28,398 nt of DNA from a virus (lineage: Duplodnaviria > Caudoviricetes): IMG/VR virus record IMGVR_UViG_3300030207_002496, positions 1-28,398 of that record. One strand, written 5' to 3'. A program made the position numbers and the translations under genes. Below, in pieces: positions 24,944 through 28,398 of the stretch. Within the stretch, counting starts at the first letter, position 1. Every line of letters begins with the position of its first letter. The notes below the pieces were generated by a model. That model did no database searches. It saw only the letters and a program-made list of their open reading frames with translations, and was not told where the DNA came from.

Positions 24944-25433
24944 TCACAGTTATTTCACTAACAAACTGTCCTACAGCACTTGTTCCAGCTCCACCAGCTG
25001 TCATTGTAATACCACCATCTGTTGCAATAGTACCAGCAAGTGTGTCTTTGGTTCCAGCAGTGTAAGAAGTTTGACTGGAGAAATTGCCAACAGTTCCTAC
25101 AGTTGGAGCAGAAGTGGGAACTGCATCACCTTGAAGATAAGAGGAACTAAAGGAGAATGCTTCTCCAGCAGTTGCCTGAGTTGCAGAGATAGTACCAGGA
25201 GCATAGATACCACTAGACAAGGTTCCTGCAGTAACAGTTCCTGCTGTAGTTCCATCAGTTGTATTTACATTACTCCCTGTCACACTGTATTGGGAACCCA
25301 ATCTTGTTGCAGTTGTTCTTGCAGAGTCAACAGTGAGTTGAACGCTACTGGACATTTTATGAACCAGACCACCAGCATTCGCTGCTGTGGGTGCTGCCAT
25401 CAAAATCATAATTAAAGGAATAAACCTTTTCAT
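24936..25433 (-). CDS. hypothetical secreted Thr/Gly/Ser-rich beta protein
   Basis: Classical signal peptide MKRFIPLIMILMAAPTAANA-GG; few charged residues; C-terminal strand GQFVSEITVID. Confidence 0.82.
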   Translation of the reverse strand: MKRFIPLIMILMAAPTAANAGGLVHKMSSSVQLTVDSARTTATRLGSQYSVTGSNVNTTDGTTAGTVTAGTLSSGIYAPGTISATQATAGEAFSFSSSYLQGDAVPTSAPTVGTVGNFSSQTSYTAGTKDTLAGTIATDGGITMTAGGAGTSAVGQFVSEITVID

Positions 25434-25459
25434 ATTTTTTGAGGAGGATACCGTGCGTG

Positions 25460-25466
25460 TATTTAG
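25460..25466 (-). promoter_or_regulatory. T4-type late promoter variant (CTAAATA) for minus-strand operon
   Basis: Reverse complement of TATTTAG, 26 nt upstream of ATG 25433. Confidence 0.55.
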
Positions 25467-25491
25467 CGTTTTATCATTGTAACTTCATGAA

Positions 25492-25499
25492 CATAAATA
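25492..25499 (+). promoter_or_regulatory. late promoter-like CATAAATA
   Basis: One mismatch to TATAAATA; sits in the loop of inverted repeat ATGAACA/TGTTCAT. Confidence 0.45.
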
Positions 25500-25526
25500 G
25501 TGTTCATAATCTACTTATGCATTCCA

Positions 25527-25811
25527 TTGGACAAAGAAGTATCAGACTTTACCTCTACAAGGGTTGAGTGCCCCAGATGTGGGGCGATATGGTTAAATGG
25601 ACAACACTATTGGAAAACTGGAGTTAAAGGTGATGATGAAACCTTAAGCAATCTTGTGTGTGGGTTGAAAGATTTTCATGATTGTGTAAATCCAAGACAC
25701 AAAATAGGACATATATATGGTGATAAGGATACCTGGGACAAAAGAGCAGGTAAACTTAGACAAATTACAAAGGAAATTGAAGATGCCGAGGGGACAGATT
25801 ACCAGATATGA
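25527..25811 (+). CDS. hypothetical Cys-rich (possible Zn-binding) protein
   Basis: CPRC..VC..C; likely TTG start at 25527 (track uses 25500). Confidence 0.7.
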   Translation: MDKEVSDFTSTRVECPRCGAIWLNGQHYWKTGVKGDDETLSNLVCGLKDFHDCVNPRHKIGHIYGDKDTWDKRAGKLRQITKEIEDAEGTDYQI

Positions 25812-25938
25812 AATTCAATCTAGACTTTTTAAAATAAAAGATGAGTTGAGGGGGGAGAATGCCCCTTCTGAATATAAGTTCCTTGCTGATCAATACCTAA
25901 ATAAGGTATTAGATTACGTTGAACAGTTCAGGTACTGA
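25783..25938 (+). CDS. hypothetical protein, 51 aa
   Basis: MPRGQITRYEIQSRLFKIKDEL...; AAGGA upstream; TGATG-coupled to next gene. Confidence 0.7.
   Translation: MPRGQITRYEIQSRLFKIKDELRGENAPSEYKFLADQYLNKVLDYVEQFRY
25897..25903 (+). promoter_or_regulatory. late promoter variant CTAAATA upstream of large ORF
   Basis: 34 nt before ATG 25938, within inverted repeat AATACCT/AGGTATT. Confidence 0.5.
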
Positions 25939-28398
25939 TGAACCTATACACAAGAGCAAGAAAGCATATTGATATGTCACGCGTTAAGTCTATGCGTGAA
26001 GAAAATAATCAGAAAAAATTACTTCAGGAATATAATAAAAGAAAAGAACTTGCAAAATTAAGAGATAAACACAGTCCAGAGTTTTCAAATTGGAGAGGAA
26101 CTGTTACTGAAGGAATGAATACAGGTAATGTGTTCTTTACCACTCTTCCTGCCACAGGAGAAACTGATCTTGAAACTATTTCAACACAAGTTTCATCAAG
26201 TTTTGAAGATGCTGGTGGAAATGATGCTTTTGAAAACACAGTTGTAAGAGGGAGTGGATCTGGTTCAGGTTCTGATGGTGGATTTAATATTGGAAATCAC
26301 CTTGCTTTCCAAGGAGATGGTCAACCAAGATGGGCGATTCTAAAACCAATTGACTCATCAAAGTTTGACACCCTTACTATTAGTGCCATTAGAGGAAACG
26401 ACACTAATGGTGGTGAGGATCCTGATGAAACAGGAGAGGAGTTAAGACTGTACTATCTACCACCTGGTGGTTCTGCTTTTAGATCTGTTGGTGTTAATCC
26501 AGAAGGTCAACAAGTTCAACCTGCAGACTATGATGTCATTATTCCTCTTGGAAGTGATGATAGTGGTTTGAAAGATTATCAAATTAAACTTCCATCTTAT
26601 GCCAGAGGTGCAGCATTTAGATACATGCTGTATCAATTAACAAATAGTGGCACTGGTTTTGATAATTATGGTATTAAAAATGTTAGATATCAGAGAAAAG
26701 CACCTCTAAGTCTCTTTGTTCCTCTTGATAGTCCTGAGGCAGTGTCATTTATTAATGATGGAAGTGGTGGTCTCTCTCCTGAAGAGAAAAAGAAAAGACT
26801 TGAGGATATGCTCGCTGCTTCTGATGAATATCAAAGTAGACAGTTTCCATTCAATAAAGCAGCATATGATAAAGCTGCACGAGATGTTTCTAGAAACATT
26901 CAAATATCACTTGATCCAGATACCTTTAAGTTTCCTGAGTATCAAACTCCAGCATATAATGATATGTTCCCCAGTTATATTGATTCTCAATCAAGCACTG
27001 AACAAATTGATAGATATTTAGAGCAAAGAGGACTGACTGTTGATAGTCTTGCTAAAGATTTTGACAAGATGAAAGGATCATTTACAACTTTGGGCCAAGA
27101 AGGAACTCTTTTGCTCATTAATAATCCAGATACTCAAGAAAAAGCAATTGCTGCTATGGGTATTGATTTTAATATTGTCAAAAATTTGACGGATGATACT
27201 TATAGAAAACTAAGCAAAATGACATCCTTTACTCCTGGAGGCACACCATCAACTGGTTGGAATGGCAAGTTCTACATGTATAATGATCCACAACTTGAGG
27301 CATCACAAATTGTTCCTCTTGAAACTTACATAGAGGCAAAGAAAAGAGATGATTTTTATGGTGTTGAAAAACCTGATAGGGTAGAACCAGGTAAGAGATA
27401 TGTAATTGAGAAACAATATAGTTTCAGTAAAGAAGCAACACCAACTTATACAGGACCAAGAAATAAACAACTTGATGATGCATCTAAAACTGCACATGAT
27501 AGAATGTATAGTGTAGGTGCATCTGTGGGTGATTTAGGATTTAGATGGGACTTAACGCATTTTGAAAAAGGTCTTGGATCAGGATTAAAAGCAGGAAGTA
27601 ATTTTGCTAGAGGACAAGTTGTTGAATCAATGACAGCAGTGTTAAATCACATGTATAATAATGCAGATTTATTTGCCTATATGTACGCTGGTGGTGGTGT
27701 CTATGGAGCTAGTGGAACACAAATAGACACAATGCAACCATACGATCCCTTATTTTTTCTCTTTAGAAGTATTGATGGAATTTCAGAAGGAAAAAGAGCA
27801 CTTGACATTGCATTAAATACAAGTGCAAGACAACTTGATTATGGAAGAGATGATTTTGGAGGAAGTGATCCTGAGAGACTCTATCAAAATCATCTCAAAG
27901 AAAATGACAGAACTGTAGAAAATTTTCAAGAAGCATATAGAAGAATTAAAACTCTAAGCACTGATTTTGCAACTTATGATAACGATGAGTGGTATAGTAA
28001 GGATGATCGTAATGTTGTAGCAATTAAAAAAGTTCACCCATACAGTGGTCTTCCTGAACCTGGAGAAGAACCTACACCAGAAGAACCTACACCAGAGGAT
28101 CCAAAAGAAAGAGATCCATATAATTATTATCCTGAGTATGATGACATTGAAGATATCCCATCAAAAGTTACTGGTGAGGACGTGAAGATGACTATTGATG
28201 ATCTAGGTGCTGCTGGATATGCTGCATACAAATTAGGTGGTGGTGATGCCAAGGTTAAAGAAGGATTTACAGTAGCACAAGTCATTAAAATAGGACAAGC
28301 AAATATAAATGCTTTCTCTCCTGGTGCTCCAGTTCAAAAACCAATTAGTAATCCAGAGAAACAAACACCTAATTTGTTAAAGGGATTGGTTGAAGTTC
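25938..28398 (+). CDS. large multidomain late protein, probably virion-associated (3' partial, >=820 aa; not in ORF track)
   Basis: Open from ATG 25938 to window end: MNLYTRARKHIDMSRVK...SNWRGTVTEGM...; jelly-roll-like segment 26298-26696; Pro/Glu linker near 28060. Confidence 0.8.
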   Translation, partial: MNLYTRARKHIDMSRVKSMREENNQKKLLQEYNKRKELAKLRDKHSPEFSNWRGTVTEGMNTGNVFFTTLPATGETDLETISTQVSSSFEDAGGNDAFENTVVRGSGSGSGSDGGFNIGNHLAFQGDGQPRWAILKPIDSSKFDTLTISAIRGNDTNGGEDPDETGEELRLYYLPPGGSAFRSVGVNPEGQQVQPADYDVIIPLGSDDSGLKDYQIKLPSYARGAAFRYMLYQLTNSGTGFDNYGIKNVRYQRKAPLSLFVPLDSPEAVSFINDGSGGLSPEEKKKRLEDMLAASDEYQSRQFPFNKAAYDKAARDVSRNIQISLDPDTFKFPEYQTPAYNDMFPSYIDSQSSTEQIDRYLEQRGLTVDSLAKDFDKMKGSFTTLGQEGTLLLINNPDTQEKAIAAMGIDFNIVKNLTDDTYRKLSKMTSFTPGGTPSTGWNGKFYMYNDPQLEASQIVPLETYIEAKKRDDFYGVEKPDRVEPGKRYVIEKQYSFSKEATPTYTGPRNKQLDDASKTAHDRMYSVGASVGDLGFRWDLTHFEKGLGSGLKAGSNFARGQVVESMTAVLNHMYNNADLFAYMYAGGGVYGASGTQIDTMQPYDPLFFLFRSIDGISEGKRALDIALNTSARQLDYGRDDFGGSDPERLYQNHLKENDRTVENFQEAYRRIKTLSTDFATYDNDEWYSKDDRNVVAIKKVHPYSGLPEPGEEPTPEEPTPEDPKERDPYNYYPEYDDIEDIPSKVTGEDVKMTIDDLGAAGYAAYKLGGGDAKVKEGFTVAQVIKIGQANINAFSPGAPVQKPISNPEKQTPNLLKGLVEV
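28064..28096 (+). repeat. 15-bp in-frame tandem repeat (EEPTP)x2
   Basis: AGAAGAACCTACACC at 28064-28078 and 28079-28093. Confidence 0.85.

Noticed and set aside
24015-25415. Plus-strand ORFs 24015..24377, 24644..24961 and 24933..25415
   Set aside because: Antisense shadows of the minus-strand secreted-protein genes
26024-27497. Track ORFs 26024..26239, 26716..27021 and 27303..27497
   Set aside because: Nested in the long open frame starting at 25938 that runs off the window

Overview
AT-rich, gene-dense, almost entirely + strand segment of a T4-like cyanomyovirus genome, most likely a Synechococcus phage (gnd, zwf, petE, petF, pstS, two hli genes, purC, three tRNAs, T4-type late promoter motifs). 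In order: paralogous small ORFs, tRNA-Pro, purC, a Phd/YefM-like ORF, tRNA-Ile(UAU) and tRNA(CAU), a pseudoknotted manA/wcaG-class RNA with terminator, and an ~11 kb, 15-gene glycan operon. That operon holds a GDP-mannose 3,5-epimerase-like SDR, GT11, GT2s, GT25, DUF616, a 2OG oxygenase, a methyltransferase, and a NeuB + HAD phosphatase + cupin + GT42/Maf-like nonulosonic-acid module. Next come a beta-barrel protein with a structured 5' leader, Pho-box-preceded pstS, an hli cluster, and gnd-[hidden ndhP]-zwf. Then follow many coupled small ORFs, a thermonuclease, petE, petF, a convergent block of six envelope-targeted hypothetical proteins (one with no canonical start codon before its signal peptide), and the 5' part of a large late protein with a reelin-subrepeat-like segment. 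Several real small genes are missing from the supplied ORF track. All family assignments come from motif recognition by eye, not database searches.
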